Assembly: GCA_964016885.1 (NCBI GenBank)
Contig: OZ024743.1
Location: 267,220,001-267,284,000, forward strand
Reading direction: 5' to 3'
DNA from: Eledone cirrhosa
Taxonomy: Eukaryota
Length of the DNA: 64,000 bases
The notes beneath the pieces are model-generated. The model was not told the origin of the DNA. It saw only the letters and a list, made by a program, of their open reading frames with translations, and did not search any database. Of this stretch, positions 14,105 to 27,700 are shown piece by piece. Both the position numbers and the translations under genes were made by a program. Numbering within the stretch: position 1 is the first letter of the stretch; each line of letters opens with the position of its first letter.

Positions 14105-14712
14105 TGAGAGAGAGAGAGAGAGAGAGAATAAATGAGAAAGAGAGGTGTGCATGCACAGTTGTGAAAAAATGAATAGATATGTAATACAAAACCTAAACTA
14201 AACTTTCAAACACCTTAAGACAGCACAGCACTTTAAGAAATACAGAAGATCTAAAAGGCTCTGATATAACACAGGCACGCATCTATACAATATTTCTCTT
14301 TCCCTGATACACACAAACAAATATATATATACACACAATCACATCTTTAAATTTATTCAAATACATACACACATTCTTCCATTTCCCACCCTAAAGTCTA
14401 TTATCTATACATTCATATATAATATACATACTACTGCAAAATATACACACAAAATATAGATCATGTCTGACCCGAAGTGTATAGGCACTTAGGCATCAAT
14501 TGTCATTGTAATGGCTAATGGCTAATTTCTCCGTAGACGTTTCTGTCGCTGTCACCAGTTTTCTGAAGCGGTGTTGCCACCAAAGATGGCCGCATCAAAT
14601 CTAATCCCCTCAACGTCTACTTAATTCAGCCACACTTCAACAAGAAGCTTTACAGACTTGACACTGATTTGTTCCTCTAAGATTTGTTTTATTATTATTA
14701 TTATTATTATTA

Positions 14713-14780
<68 letters not shown>

Positions 14781-15698
14781 ATATATATATATATATATTT
14801 ACTTTTTTTTTTTTTTTTGCTGAACGGGTTGAAAAATGTTTCATGCCTCTTAGTCGTTATATATTCTTCACTATTCCTGAATATAAAAAAAAATGTTTGA
14901 AAGAAAATAAGTCTCACGATTTTCTTTATCCACCCTGCAACAAAGTTATAGGATGTTCTGTAGTGCTGTTCGTTTGAGTGGTGTAACGTTTCCACACATT
15001 TATGTATGCCAAATGAATCCAAATGCTCAGTAACAGTTAATCTTACTTGGTTAATATTCATTGTGTAACTACATGTCATTACTATTTTTCTGTAGTGTAT
15101 CTAGGCCGACATTATCCAGTGACTGCTATTTGTATGAATATATGGTAACATTTAAGGGATATTGTGCTGTTATCAGCCAGTGGATAATAATATATTATAT
15201 ATACATATCTTCGTTAATTCATACGCTAAAATATTTTAAAATAATAATTGTCACACGATTGTAAGAAATGACAAGGCCAATATATTTACGAGAAATGATA
15301 TCATAGAATTGATAATGAGAACTTTATTGACTTGAGAGTGGTGATAGAGAACGCCAGAAGGTAGGAGGGAACTAAATATTTATAAGCATAATTGGCAGTT
15401 GCCAATCGTTAACATTGCATCACATTCATTTAGTATACATAATTAATGGTAACATATTTTGAGGGATTGACCTCATCTGTTCGGCACAGGAGTTTTATAC
15501 GCGATAACATTAACCACGAATCTTAATTTGGTCGAACACAACCAGATAAAATGGAAAATCGGCCGAAGTAGAAACAAACGACAGAGGTATATTGAACAAA
15601 ACCAAGTGCCACAATGCTTTTCATCGGAATCTCTACACTGCCTGCTACATTCAGCCGGTCATTACACTGTAAATTATAAATATTAATATGGTGCGAAT

Positions 15699-16109
15699 GT
15701 ATATCAACTAGAAATTGATTGACATATATATATATCTAAAATAAACATATGAAACAATCACAGGGAATAATTTGTAAAAGTATGTAAGCACACATAGCTA
15801 GGTAGGTAACTAATTAGAGTTTAACTAGAACTTTAAATATAGATACCTTAACATTTGATTAATCTCCCTTGTATATATTTCATTAAAGAAATATATTTCA
15901 CCATCAATCGATCGGTAAACCACAGTAGCCAAATAAATATCGGATTTTAAACAAGGGAGAAGATTTAACTATCTGTGTTTAAACAGCAAATCCAAATCTG
16001 CGAATGACTAGCAGCACACATAGCTAGTTAAACTTTAATTAGTTACGAACCTAGCTATGTGTGCTTACACACTTTTACAAATTATTCCCTGTGAATGTTA
16101 CATATGTTT

Positions 16110-16145
<36 letters not shown>

Positions 16146-16808
16146 AATCAATTTTTAATTGATATAAAATGATCGGAGTTATTCATTGGAATATTGGAGC
16201 ATATTGTACAATGGATATGGCACATGTCTCTCTGACATGAGACCCTTAATTTAATTTTGGATACATATACAACCCCTTAATTGTAGAGCTAACTCAGTTG
16301 AAAGGACTCGGCAGCTATTTCTAGTTGTCGATAACCCTATTTACGCCACTGGGATGAAGCTGATACTATGTAAGTATTTTAAAAAAATGCTACACGTGCT
16401 CCTAGTCATTCGCAGATTTGGATTTGCTGTGTAAACACAGATAGTTGAATCTTCTCCCTTGTTGAAAATTCGAATTTGGCTACTGTGGTTTACCGATCGA
16501 TTGATGGTGAAATATATTTCTTTAATGAAATATATACAAGGAAGATTAATCAAATTATGAGGTATCTATATTTAAAGTTCTAGTTAAACTCTAATTAGTT
16601 ACCTACCTAGCTATGTTTGCTTATACAATTTTACACATTTTTCCTTGTGATTGTTTCATATGTTTATTTTAGATAGATATATATATGTCAATCAATATCT
16701 AGTTGATATAAAATGCTCAGATCTATTCATTGGAATCTTGGAGCATATTCTACAGTGGATATGGCACATGTGCCTCTGACATGACACCCTTAATTTAATT
16801 TTGGATAT
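15699..16808. repeat. Complex inverted-plus-tandem duplicated insertion flanked by a 13-bp direct repeat
   Basis: 15701-16023 is the reverse complement of ~16390-16710; 16023-16270 is a direct copy of ~16580-16810; ATATGGTGCGAAT at 15686-15698 and 16809-16821. Confidence 0.8.
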
Positions 16809-17813
16809 ATATGGTGCGAATTTACACATTTTCAGAGATGTACCTTTGAGAAAATAAACAACCGCAACTTATCATCAATATTTATTTTATATTTAAGTTG
16901 TAATTGAACACTACTAGGTTATATTGTTCGGCATGTATTGATTCTGACACGATTATTTATATAATGTTAATTTTTGATTACTCCACATATGTTGGGTATT
17001 TATATTAGATACGAGAGCATTTTCAAAAACACCACGAAGAAGCATCATCAAACCGGGCATGGAAACTTTACTCTTATCTGTACTCTGTTTAAACTGCTAT
17101 AATCTATTACTATTTTTATGTAGTTTTGTAAAATGTTATTGTCGAGTATAGAATAGAGAAGAAAACTACATGCTTCGCTCTCCATCAAGTATAACCTGCG
17201 TTCACTAAGATATTTAGATACACTTCTGAGCAGATATAAACACCTTTTTGGCACCTCCTTTGTTTGATGCAAGGTGACATAGAGAATGTACCAAGAAGCA
17301 GCAGAGACGGCTGCACCAGCACGGAGCATTAACTTTCTTTATCAACCCAGATTGGATCTAACGCAAAATGGATTTTAACGAAATTTGAACTCAGAATAAG
17401 AGACAAGGAACAAATATCAAGTCCGTTAAAGACTGCGAAATCTTCGACCTAATATTAAGTAAGCTGCATATGTAAATTACAATTCTACAGCACAGTCGCA
17501 GTCTATTGCGAGAAAGCAGTGAAGGTATAAACATATAGAATAAGGATGTGTTAAGTAATGGAAGCTATTATTCAAATAGTGAATTATCTGCCAAATACAT
17601 TACTGTATTTAACTCCCCTTAAAACTATATCACCATCAAACTCAACGAATAATGAAGCACACATAGGTTTACATTTAAACAAAAAAAAAAAATTCTATGA
17701 AAATATTCATCATGCTATATCAGTCTATATGTATGTATGCATTGTTGTATGCATATATATATATATATATCTATGTACGTATGTATGTATTTATATATGT
17801 GTATAGTCATAGG

Positions 17814-17878
<65 letters not shown>

Positions 17879-18316
17879 TCTGTATGCCCGCATGTGTATG
17901 TGGAGAGATATCAATAATGTTTTGAATCTATGTTTGCGTGAATTTTTCTACAGTTCTATCTATCTTTCTACGCATACATACAGTCGATTATCCTTTCTTT
18001 ACCCCATCAGGTCTTTTCTTCTCTTTTTCTTCTTTTTTTTATGATGTTCAAAGGAACAGAAGATCAATAATAAGTATTGTGGTTTTGATCACATTACACA
18101 CATACATCTGTGCAGTCGAGCTGTTTACACATCCACATCTCTAGAGTCACGTGAATGTAACTATAAATGTGAATGTATGCACACACAAGTATACATATGT
18201 AAGCTTCATGCACCCATCCATACCAACATACATCCTACATTTATAGATGTACATATATATTATAGCGAGAGAGAGAAAAGTGGAGAAATATTGAAAAATA
18301 GAATATTGCCTACACA

Positions 18317-18390
<74 letters not shown>

Positions 18391-18449
18391 CACACGTATA
18401 TATATATATATATATATATCGAGACAAATATATATATATATATATCGAG

Positions 18450-18522
<73 letters not shown>

Positions 18523-18900
18523 CATATACACACATATATATATATATATATATATATTGCATACACACATAGAAACATGCACCCATGCATGAGGACACAT
18601 AGACAAACATATATATGAGCGTGTGTGCGTGCGTGTAATGGATATAGTGTAGGCTCACCATTAACATCATCACCATTGACTTCAAACGAATCATCACGCG
18701 CATGGCCTTTTGAGGATGCACGTGATACTATTTTGATCACGTACTGGAAAATGTACTTACAATCACGCTTATATGCGCGCTATGGTGTGTGTTTGTGTGA
18801 CTGCATATACATGCCAGTGTGTGTCTATATTTATAATAAGAACATTATCATTATATATATAATCCCCATTGTCTGAGGACAGTACTTGCGTCGCAAATAC

Positions 18901-18951
<51 letters not shown>

Positions 18952-19095
18952 ACTGCTGGTAACTAAGATGCTTCCATAGGCGGTAAGCCGGTTGAGCACT
19001 CTATGATCATACAGAGCAGAGCATGATATAATTTATATATATATATATTATCAAGAAAACGAAAAAACAGTGATGCATCTGGACTTAGTTTATTT

Positions 19096-19172
19096 CATGT
19101 TACAAATGTTTCACCGGCATGGTCCTTGTATGGATCTGGCTGATTCTACTTCTGCGGGTTCTTTCAGACACG
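19096..19172 (-). ncRNA. Hammerhead-like motif in left inverted pLTR
   Basis: Minus strand cgtgt-CTGAAAGA-acccgc...gccggt-GAAAC-ATTT-GTA-acatg. Confidence 0.5.
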
Positions 19173-19452
19173 GGTGTTATGTCCGGAGCAAATGTTATCA
19201 CTTGAGTGTTGTCATTAAAACAACACCCTCAAAAAACCCTCTATCCACTCTTGTCATGCCATTGACTGTTTTTACTCCACGTCATCTCAAGTTCTGGTCA
19301 GTATTTGCTGCCACACGGTTCATCAACCATTTTCCGTCCGACACATTTCAATGGAGTCATGCTCGCTTCAGTACTTCACACGTTTGCTCACACTTCAGGG
19401 TAAGCACCCAAACATACTAGAATAAACACATAATAGCACACGCATATTCAGA

Positions 19453-20280
19453 CACATACCACAAAATCTTCAACCGCCAAACGGTGAAATTTTCCTTCTC
19501 CACGGCGCCGAATATGGCCGACTACATGGCTAGAACTAACGTGCTGAAGATGGCGCACACTGGGCGTCAACCTCGCCGACAGAGTGACCATGTTTCGGAG
19601 CGCAGAGAACCACCTAGGGACCTGCCTTCAAATGACAACCCGCCACCGAGGCGACCAGAGCGCCCGTCGAGGGCGATATGGTCCAACACCGAGAGGGAAA
19701 TAATGGTAGGGGGGGGGGGGGGGGGGGCAAATGTGTCGGCGTGCAGGACACTGAGAACCCTGAGAGGGCCATTAAAGATCGGGGCCCGGACATCGGACGC
19801 ACAAGAATTGACAGCAGAACTTGCAACTGTAGAGCGGACACCCAGTGCCCCCTACAGGGAAAATGCTTAATGAAGGACCTAGTATACAAGTGTGTGGTTA
19901 CGACCCAGAATGAGCATCGAACCTACATAGCAGCAACATCCCCCACCTTTAAATCGCGGATTTATAAGCCCACGAATTCCTTCAGGGACCGTAGCAAAAG
20001 GCACTCCACTAGGTTAGCGGACCTCGTGTGGGACATGAAAGACCACGGCACCCCATACGCCTTGGAATGGAGTATCGTTCGCCACGCGCGTGCATATTTA
20101 GCCGGAAGTAGAAAGTGCCGACTGTGCCTACACGAGGCCATGGATGACTCCGTCAACCAGAAGTCTGACATTATCATGACATGCAGACACCAGAGAAGAT
20201 GCGCTTTTGCAGCATGGAATCCGCCGGGTGACGCCGCCAGAGGGCACGAGAATGAGAACGTACAGACCCGATTGGCCTAG
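19453..20280 (+). pseudogene. PLE linker + GIY-YIG endonuclease, frameshifted at a poly-G run
   Basis: YHKIFNRQTVKFSFSTAPNM ... CNCRADTQCPLQGKCL..VYKCVV..TYIAATSPTFKSR..STRLADLVWDMK..WSIV..CRLCLHE..CRH. Confidence 0.85.
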
Positions 20281-20643
20281 CGGAATTAGGGGACCAGACG
20301 ACTACCATGATCACGATGTCCGACCCGCGGGGCAATCATACGTAGACCGGGTACGCACGTGACCGGGCATGCAACATTGGAAGATGCACTGCATGGGCCA
20401 GGACCCGCTGACACGGGGTCCACTGCCGCCCGGACCTGTGCACTAAGCCTTTAGAACAGCACACCCCAGACACGGTGCCATGCCCCATGCCGACCGTGGC
20501 GGGCGTCACATTGAATGTGTACACCGTCAATCGTGACTATATACTCAACACCTACTCCACTTTGGAAAAGTGATTGTTAATATCGTTATATCATTGTTTT
20601 GATCTTGTTACCTGTTGTATACACAGACACGAGCCTGCATCTC

Positions 20644-20748
20644 ATAATTGTTTCTACTATTGGCACAAGGCCAGAAAATTACCCAGTACATTACTGGTAC
20701 TTTATTTTATCGACCCCGTAAGTATGAAAGGCAAAGTTAACCTCGGCG
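20644..20748 (-). mobile_element. 5'-truncated SINE with 19-bp TSD
   Basis: SINE 3' half; TSD CGAGCCTGCATCTCATAAT at 20630-20648 and 20747-20765. Confidence 0.9.
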
Positions 20749-21832
20749 AGCCTGCATCTCATAATGCCTGTGTGTAGTACGTCATATGGACGGCCGCACC
20801 TTCTCATATGCCCCTCCCCCTTTTTTTTCGTTTTTTTCTTTTTTCTTTTTTTCTGTTTTTTCTTTTTTTCTTTTTTTCTTTTTTTCTTTTTTTTGTTTTT
20901 TCTTTTTTTCGTTTTTTCTTTTTTTCTTTTTTTCTTTTTTTCTTGTTTTCTTTTTTTCTTTTTTTCTTTTTTTCTTTTTTTTCTCTTTTATTTTACTAGT
21001 TCCTTTATTTTAACCCTTCTTTTCCTGTACCTTTATGCAGTTACATACAGATTTAATGTACCCTAAAATATTGTAAATTTATTTACATATTTTATTTTAT
21101 TATCAGATTGTGTTTATGTTCACGAGATTTTTCTATGTGTGGACACATGTGTATGGGTATATGTGCGTCTGTGTGTATGTGCAGATGCGTATGTATGTGT
21201 ATATATATATATATATGCGTGGGTGGGTATTGCGGTGTGTGTATGGGCATGGGTGCGTGGGTGCACGAGCTTATGCGCGCCTGTATGTGCAGACATGTGC
21301 ACATATATACATATGTGGAAAAATGTGGGTGTATGTGTGTGCGGGGGTGCGTGTGTACGTGTGTCTATATATGAGCATATATATGTATACATATATATAT
21401 ATATCTATGTCTATATGTGTATGAGTGAGTAAGTACGTTTAGCCACATATGAGTAGGTGTGTGTGTGTGCGGGCCGGTAAGTGTGTGTATATATGTGTGG
21501 ATGTGTATGGGTGTATATATGTGGATGTGTGTGTGGGTGCAGATGCATGCATTTACGGGCCTCTATATGTGTGTATATGTATTTGTGCATAGATGTATGT
21601 GTTCATGTGCATCTCTTGGGAATGTGTGCGGATGCTTATATAGGGACTATATATTTTTTTTTCATTATTATTATTATTCATGTTGTATTATTTTATCACA
21701 TTCCCTCTCTACATACCCGTATATATGCGTGTATGTACGTATGAGTCTTTGTACGTGTGCGTCTGTGTATGTGTGTGTGTATATGTACGTAGGTGCGTGT
21801 GTGTGTGTGTATGTGTGTATAATAGGGCGATA

Positions 21833-21911
<79 letters not shown>

Positions 21912-22456
21912 ATATGTATATATGTATGTGTGTATGTAAATATATACCACATTGTATATAATATATTTCATTGTATATTTTTCTTATGTTATTATACTGC
22001 CTTATGTTATTATACTGTTTTAGGTCATTATACTGATTTTTATTACATAATGTATTTTCAACAGTTTATATATGTACATGTATGCGCGGTGGCACTTCTG
22101 TGTGTGTAGGCAGATGTGCATGCGTGCAGGTGTATACATGCGGCAGCATGTATACGTACGTATGTGTAGATGTATGTATATCGGCTTATGCGTGGGTATT
22201 TGTATATATATGTGTGGATGTGCGTATGCATGTTAAGTTGTCCTTTTTCCTTTTTTGTGTGTATGTATGTGTATGTATGTCTATGTGTGTGTGTGTGTGT
22301 AGGTACGTGTGTAGGTAATGTTTATGTACGTATGTGTTCGTATGTGTGTGCGGACATGTGTGAGTTTACGTTTGTGTATATATGTGTATGTATGTGTGTG
22401 TATATATATGTATATATATACATATAGTTATGTAATGAACAACATAAGATAATTAT

Positions 22457-22515
22457 TTCGGTTACCAGTGGTTTCTTGAAAGCAAACGATATTTGCTTTC
22501 ATTCATCAGAATGAA
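22457..22515 (-). ncRNA. Type I hammerhead-ribozyme motif with canonical core (nested PLE terminus)
   Basis: Minus strand ttcatt-CTGATGA-a-tgaaagcaaa-tatcg-tttgctttca-a-GAAAC-CACTG-GTA-accgaa; 10-bp stem II; stem I partly decayed. Confidence 0.75.
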
Positions 22516-22592
22516 CAAATCCTAAGTGTGTATATATATGTGCGTATATATGTATGTATGTGCATGTATGTGTGTATGTATATATGCGTATG

Positions 22593-22652
<60 letters not shown>

Positions 22653-23197
22653 TATTTAAATGTATAGAAGGTTGGCCGTATATGTGTGTGTGCACGCATG
22701 TGTATGTATATATGTGTATGTTTGAATAGGACATGCTTACCCAATTGATACAGAACAGTCAAAGGCTCGTGGCGGCATGAATCAACAAGTGTGTGTGACT
22801 GGGTCTATGAGAGTGAAGGAGAGAGGGTGTGTGAGTATATATACTGTGATGTATGTATGTGGCCGTGTAGGTGTCTGCGCATGTAGACGTATGAGTGTGA
22901 ATGCCTAGATAGATATGTGTCTGAATATGTGTGTTTATTATGTGTTTATTTAGTATGTTTGGGTACTTACCCTGAAGTGTGAGCAAACGTGTGAAGTACT
23001 GAACCCACCATGACTCCATTGAAATGTGTCGGACGGAAAATGGTTGATGAACCGTGTGGCAGCAGATACTGACCAGAACTTGTGATGACGTGAAGTAAAA
23101 ACAGCCAATGGCATGACAAGAGTGGATAGAGCGTTTTGTGAGGCTGTTGGTTTGATGACAACACTCCAGTGATAACATTTGCTCCGGACATAACACC

Positions 23198-23288
23198 CGT
23201 GTCTGAAAGAACCCGCAGAAGTAGAATCAGCCAGATCCATACAAGGACCATGACTCGAGCTACATGCCGGCGAATCATTTGTAACACG
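23198..23288 (+). ncRNA. Hammerhead-like motif in right pLTR, enlarged stem II
   Basis: cgtgt-CTGAAAGA-acccgc...gccggc-GAATC-ATTT-GTA-acacg; perfect stem I cgtgt/acacg. Confidence 0.5.
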
Positions 23289-23396
23289 AAATAAACTAAG
23301 TCCAGATGCATTTTTCGTTTTCTTGATAATATCTACACTCTACTCTGATGAATATCGAGTGCTAATGTTGGCATACCGCCTACGGAAGCACCATAG

Positions 23397-24598
23397 CTTT
23401 TAATGTGTTTGAGGAACGGTTCTAGTAGTGTATCCAGAAAGTTGCTGAGGTGGTGGGTTTTTCATGCAGGGCCTGCTACTATAGGTCTTAATTAAGGAAC
23501 CTTGATGAATATATTTGTGGCTCCCTTCCATCTTACGAATGCCATCAAAAAGATTGGATATACTTTTGAAGTCAGTGATATAGTTGTATTCCTTGTCGGT
23601 AAGTCCTTCTCTGTATAGGTTTATCAGAGTTTTTATGCTTCTCCTTAATTTCTGCTGACTGTAGTGTTGGTTTTTTTCGTAGTATGTTTTTGTATTCTAA
23701 AATGAAGAGTACTAGACTCTTCATTAGGACTACTGCACACTCTTTATCGGCTTCGTTGATTATTAAATTTTTATCCTCTTTTAATGTGTTCAGCTCATCC
23801 CATTATTTCCTGCTGAAGTTTGGCCTATGTTTTTTTCTGTGTAAGTGTTGATAAGGGTAAATCATGATGTGCTCGCAAAAATGGGTGTAGTTTTGATGGA
23901 GTATATTTACTTGTATTTCAAATTAATGATCGTCGTCATAGTACTTATTGTATAGTTCCTCATTGAGCCGTTATTTCCTAAAGAATTCTGCAATGTCTTC
24001 TATCATTTCGTAGTAGTTTGAATGTTGTTGGGGGACGGTGTAAATTTGAGCCCTTTGGAGAGTATGTTGATTTGGTCTGATGTTACTTCTTTATTAGTTA
24101 AATTGATGACTTTTATCACTTTTGGTCTCTCCTGTACGTCTCGTGCCATCTCGTATCCATGTGTGTGTACTGGGTCTAAAAAATGATTAAGGTAGTTGGG
24201 TCGATTGCAGTTGGTTAGTTGTCTCCTGATATTGTGTTTTTCCCTTTTGTTGTGGTATATGCTTCGGGTTCATGGTTGTCGGTTGATTAGAGCGTCCCTA
24301 TTTAATGTATGATTGGGCATCCCTAAATTTCATGTTTGGTTGTGGTGTTTCTGAGGTCCTTTGTGGGTAATTATATCATGTGGTTTGGGTTTGTTGTGCA
24401 GGCTTGTTAGGAAGATTGTAAGAATAAAAACTGCTTTGGTGTCCTCTTTTGGCGGAAAGTTGTAATGTCCATCTTGGGGGAAATGTTTTCTTATTTCTTT
24501 GTTTGTTGCCGGGATAGCCGCGTTGTTGCTACGCGGTTAGGTTATGAAATAAGAGTTAGGTTTTGTCTTCTTTTTGGGGTTGGGGAGAAGGTCGTGTT
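23397..24598 (-). mobile_element. Decayed Penelope-like (Neptune-type) N-terminal/RT fragment
   Basis: Hand translation of minus strand: VINLTNKEVTSDQINILSKGLK, LKEDKNLIINEADKECAVVLM, RPIVAGPA*KTHHLSNFLDTLLEPFLKHIK; multiple stops and frameshifts. Confidence 0.7.
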
Positions 24599-24618
24599 AT
24601 ATATATATATATATATAT

Positions 24619-24702
<84 letters not shown>

Positions 24703-24724
24703 TAGCAATATCTATTTTATTGGA

Positions 24725-27700
24725 ACGTTGGAGCTAGTCGTACTAATTTAAATACAAACACCCGACAAAAACATGATTATTTAAAATTATTTCCTTCTGG
24801 CTTTACAAATCTTAAATGAAACAGGGGAATTTAAGATTACATTTTCTGGAACGTTTTTCTGAAAATATATGGGGAAATATCTAATGAATTTTGAGATAAA
24901 ACTTATAATCAATTTTGTAAGAGGTTTTATTTAAAATATTTGATGAAATTTTGAGAAAAGCCTTTTGAAAATATTTCATGAAATATGAATGAAGATTCAG
25001 GACAATTTTTCTTGTAAATTTTGATGGAATTTTCAATATTTACGAAAATCTATACGAAAGGTTAATTTTCAAATTGCTAAAATAAACTTTTCATTAAATT
25101 TTGGAGTCATTTTTCCTGATATTTTCATTGAAATATTGGGTAAAATTTAGCATGAAACTTTTGGGAATAATTTTCATATATTTGGGGGAATGTTTAATGA
25201 ATTTTGAGGTAACATTTTAATTAATTTTGCAACAGATTTTATGGAAAATATTTCATGCAATTTTCCGAGAAACATTTTATAAAACTTTGATGAAAATTCT
25301 GGAGAATTTGGGGGCAAATTTTGGGGAATTTTTTTGAAGTCTTTATGAAAATTGGTGCAAAATTTTAAGAAATTGTTATGGTAAATTTGGAGCGATTCGT
25401 AGTAGTTTAAATATAAGCACCCGACAAACATATGATTAATTGAACTTATTTACTTCTGTTTTTTCATTACTTACGAAAATATTTACGAAACAGTTTGAAA
25501 AAATCTAGAAAATAATGTGCAGTAATTTTAGAAAAATCTTTTTGAAAACTCCAATGAGCATTTGGGGAAATTTTATGAGGAAGTATTCTTGAGGAAATTT
25601 GTGGTAAAACTTTTTTATAAATATTTAATGAGTTTTGAGGTAAAACTTTTGACAAACTCTTTTAAAACTTGAATGAAAATTCTTGATAATTTTGGGGCAA
25701 ACTTTTGATAGAATTTTTTGGAAGTTTTACATGAAATTTTGGGTAGGATTTTGAGAAAATTTTGGGAAAATGTTTACAAATCCTTATAGAAACTTTTAGA
25801 GAAAACATTCCTGAAAATTTTGAGCTAGACGTACTAAATTTTATATAAGCACACGAAAAGATAATGATAAATTAAAATTGCTTTCTTCTGTTTCTCAATA
25901 TACATGAAAATCTTTACGAAAATCAATAGGAAACAATTTGAAAATATCTATAATGAAATTTTTAGTAATTTGGGAGAACATTTTTGGTTAAAATCTTGAA
26001 TGTAACACTGAGGAAAATTTATGATGAAATTTTCTGGACGAATTTTCCGAAAATATTTGGGGAAATAATTATTTAAATTTGAGAATTATGAAAGAGATTT
26101 TATCGAAAATATTTGATGAAAGATTTGTAAAAGTGTTTGATGAAACTTTAATGCAAATTCGTGAGATTTAGAGCTACTTGTATGAATTTTAATTTAAACA
26201 GCCGATACAAACATGATTAATTAAACTTTCCTTCATTATTTATGAAATATTTGGAAAATATCTTAAAATATCATAAAACATTGCAGTAGTTTTTGTTGAA
26301 ATATATAATGAAACATTGGGGAACATTTTCTTGAAAGTTTCAAAAATATTTGGGGAAATATTTAATGAATTTTGAGGTAAACATCTTAATATATTTTGTG
26401 AGAGATTTTATTTGATTCTATATTCTGTAGAACATTTGGGAAAATTCTCATACATTTTTTTTAATACTTTTTATGAAATTTTTGGGGAAAGTTTAAGACA
26501 TCTTTTTAGAAATATTTAGCAAACTTTTCCTCAAAATTTTGAGCTGGTCGTACTAATATAAATATAAGCAGCCGAAAATAACATTATTAATTAAAATGAT
26601 TTCCTTCTGGAAAATTATCTAAAATGTTTTTTTTGTTAAGTTTTTATGAAAATCAGGTGAATCTTTTAGGAAATCTTTTTTTATAATTTTACTGAAAATT
26701 TGGAGCTAATGGTACTAATTCAAATATGAGCATTTGAAAAAATATGATTAATTGAATTTATTTCCTTCTGATTTTCATTTTTTACGAAAATGTATACGAG
26801 AATTTTTCAAAACATTAGTAAAAAATATCGAAAAAAAAATTGTAATTTTATGAAAAAGTTTTGTTTAAATCATCTATAAAATTTGGGGAAATCTATGATG
26901 AAATTTTCGGGAAAAATTTTCATAAAATATTTGGAGGAATGTTTAATGAATTCTATGAAAAAATATTTCATGAAATCTTTTGAGAAAAATTTCAAAAAAC
27001 TTTGATGAAATATTAATTAAATTTCCGGAGTCATTTTTTGGAATATGATGATGGAAATAATTCGAAAGTTTTTTTTAGGAAATTTTGGTAAAATATTAAA
27101 AAACCTTTTTAGAAATGTTTTGGGTAAATTTTCAATAAAATCTTGAAGTAGACGTATTCATTTAAATATAAGAATCCGGAAATAACATGATATAATAAAA
27201 TTATTTCCAGCTGTTTTAATATTTACGAAATCTTTACTATATAAATTTTTTTTTAAATTTGCAGTAAATTTGGCAGAAAGTTTTGGTGAATTCTTCAATG
27301 AAACACCATAAATAATTCATGATGAAATTTGGAGGTAAATTTTTCATACAATATATATACAATGAATGTTTATTGATATTTTAAGTAAAACTTTCAATGG
27401 ATTTAAAAAGAAATTTTATGGGAAATATATGATGAGATTTGGGGAGAAACATATTCTAAAACTTCTATGAAACTTTAATGAAAATTCTGGAGAATATTTG
27501 GCCAAACATTTGATGGAAAGTTTTTCAAAGTTTTTATGAAAATTTGGGCAACATTTTAGGAAATGTTTTGGGAAATATGGATAGAAATTTTAGAGAAGTT
27601 TTGGCATTACTCATACTAATTTAAAGGAAAGCACCCGCCAAAGATCAGAAGGAAATAAATTTAATACAGGGTGCTTATATTTGATTTAGTATGACTAGCT

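Larger units (their letters stand above)
18953..23396 (+). mobile_element. Penelope-like (Naiad-type) element with ~480-bp inverted terminal pLTRs
   Basis: 18953-19450 is the inverted copy of ~22920-23396; internal GIY-YIG region 19453-20280; long (GT/AT)-rich 3' region with nested SINE and a second PLE terminus. Confidence 0.85.

Noticed and set aside
14575-14593. YY1/CTCF-like motif CCAAAGATGGCCGC (also E2F-like TGGCGGGAAA at 39349-39358)
   Set aside because: Isolated short motifs expected by chance in 64 kb; no supporting gene context.
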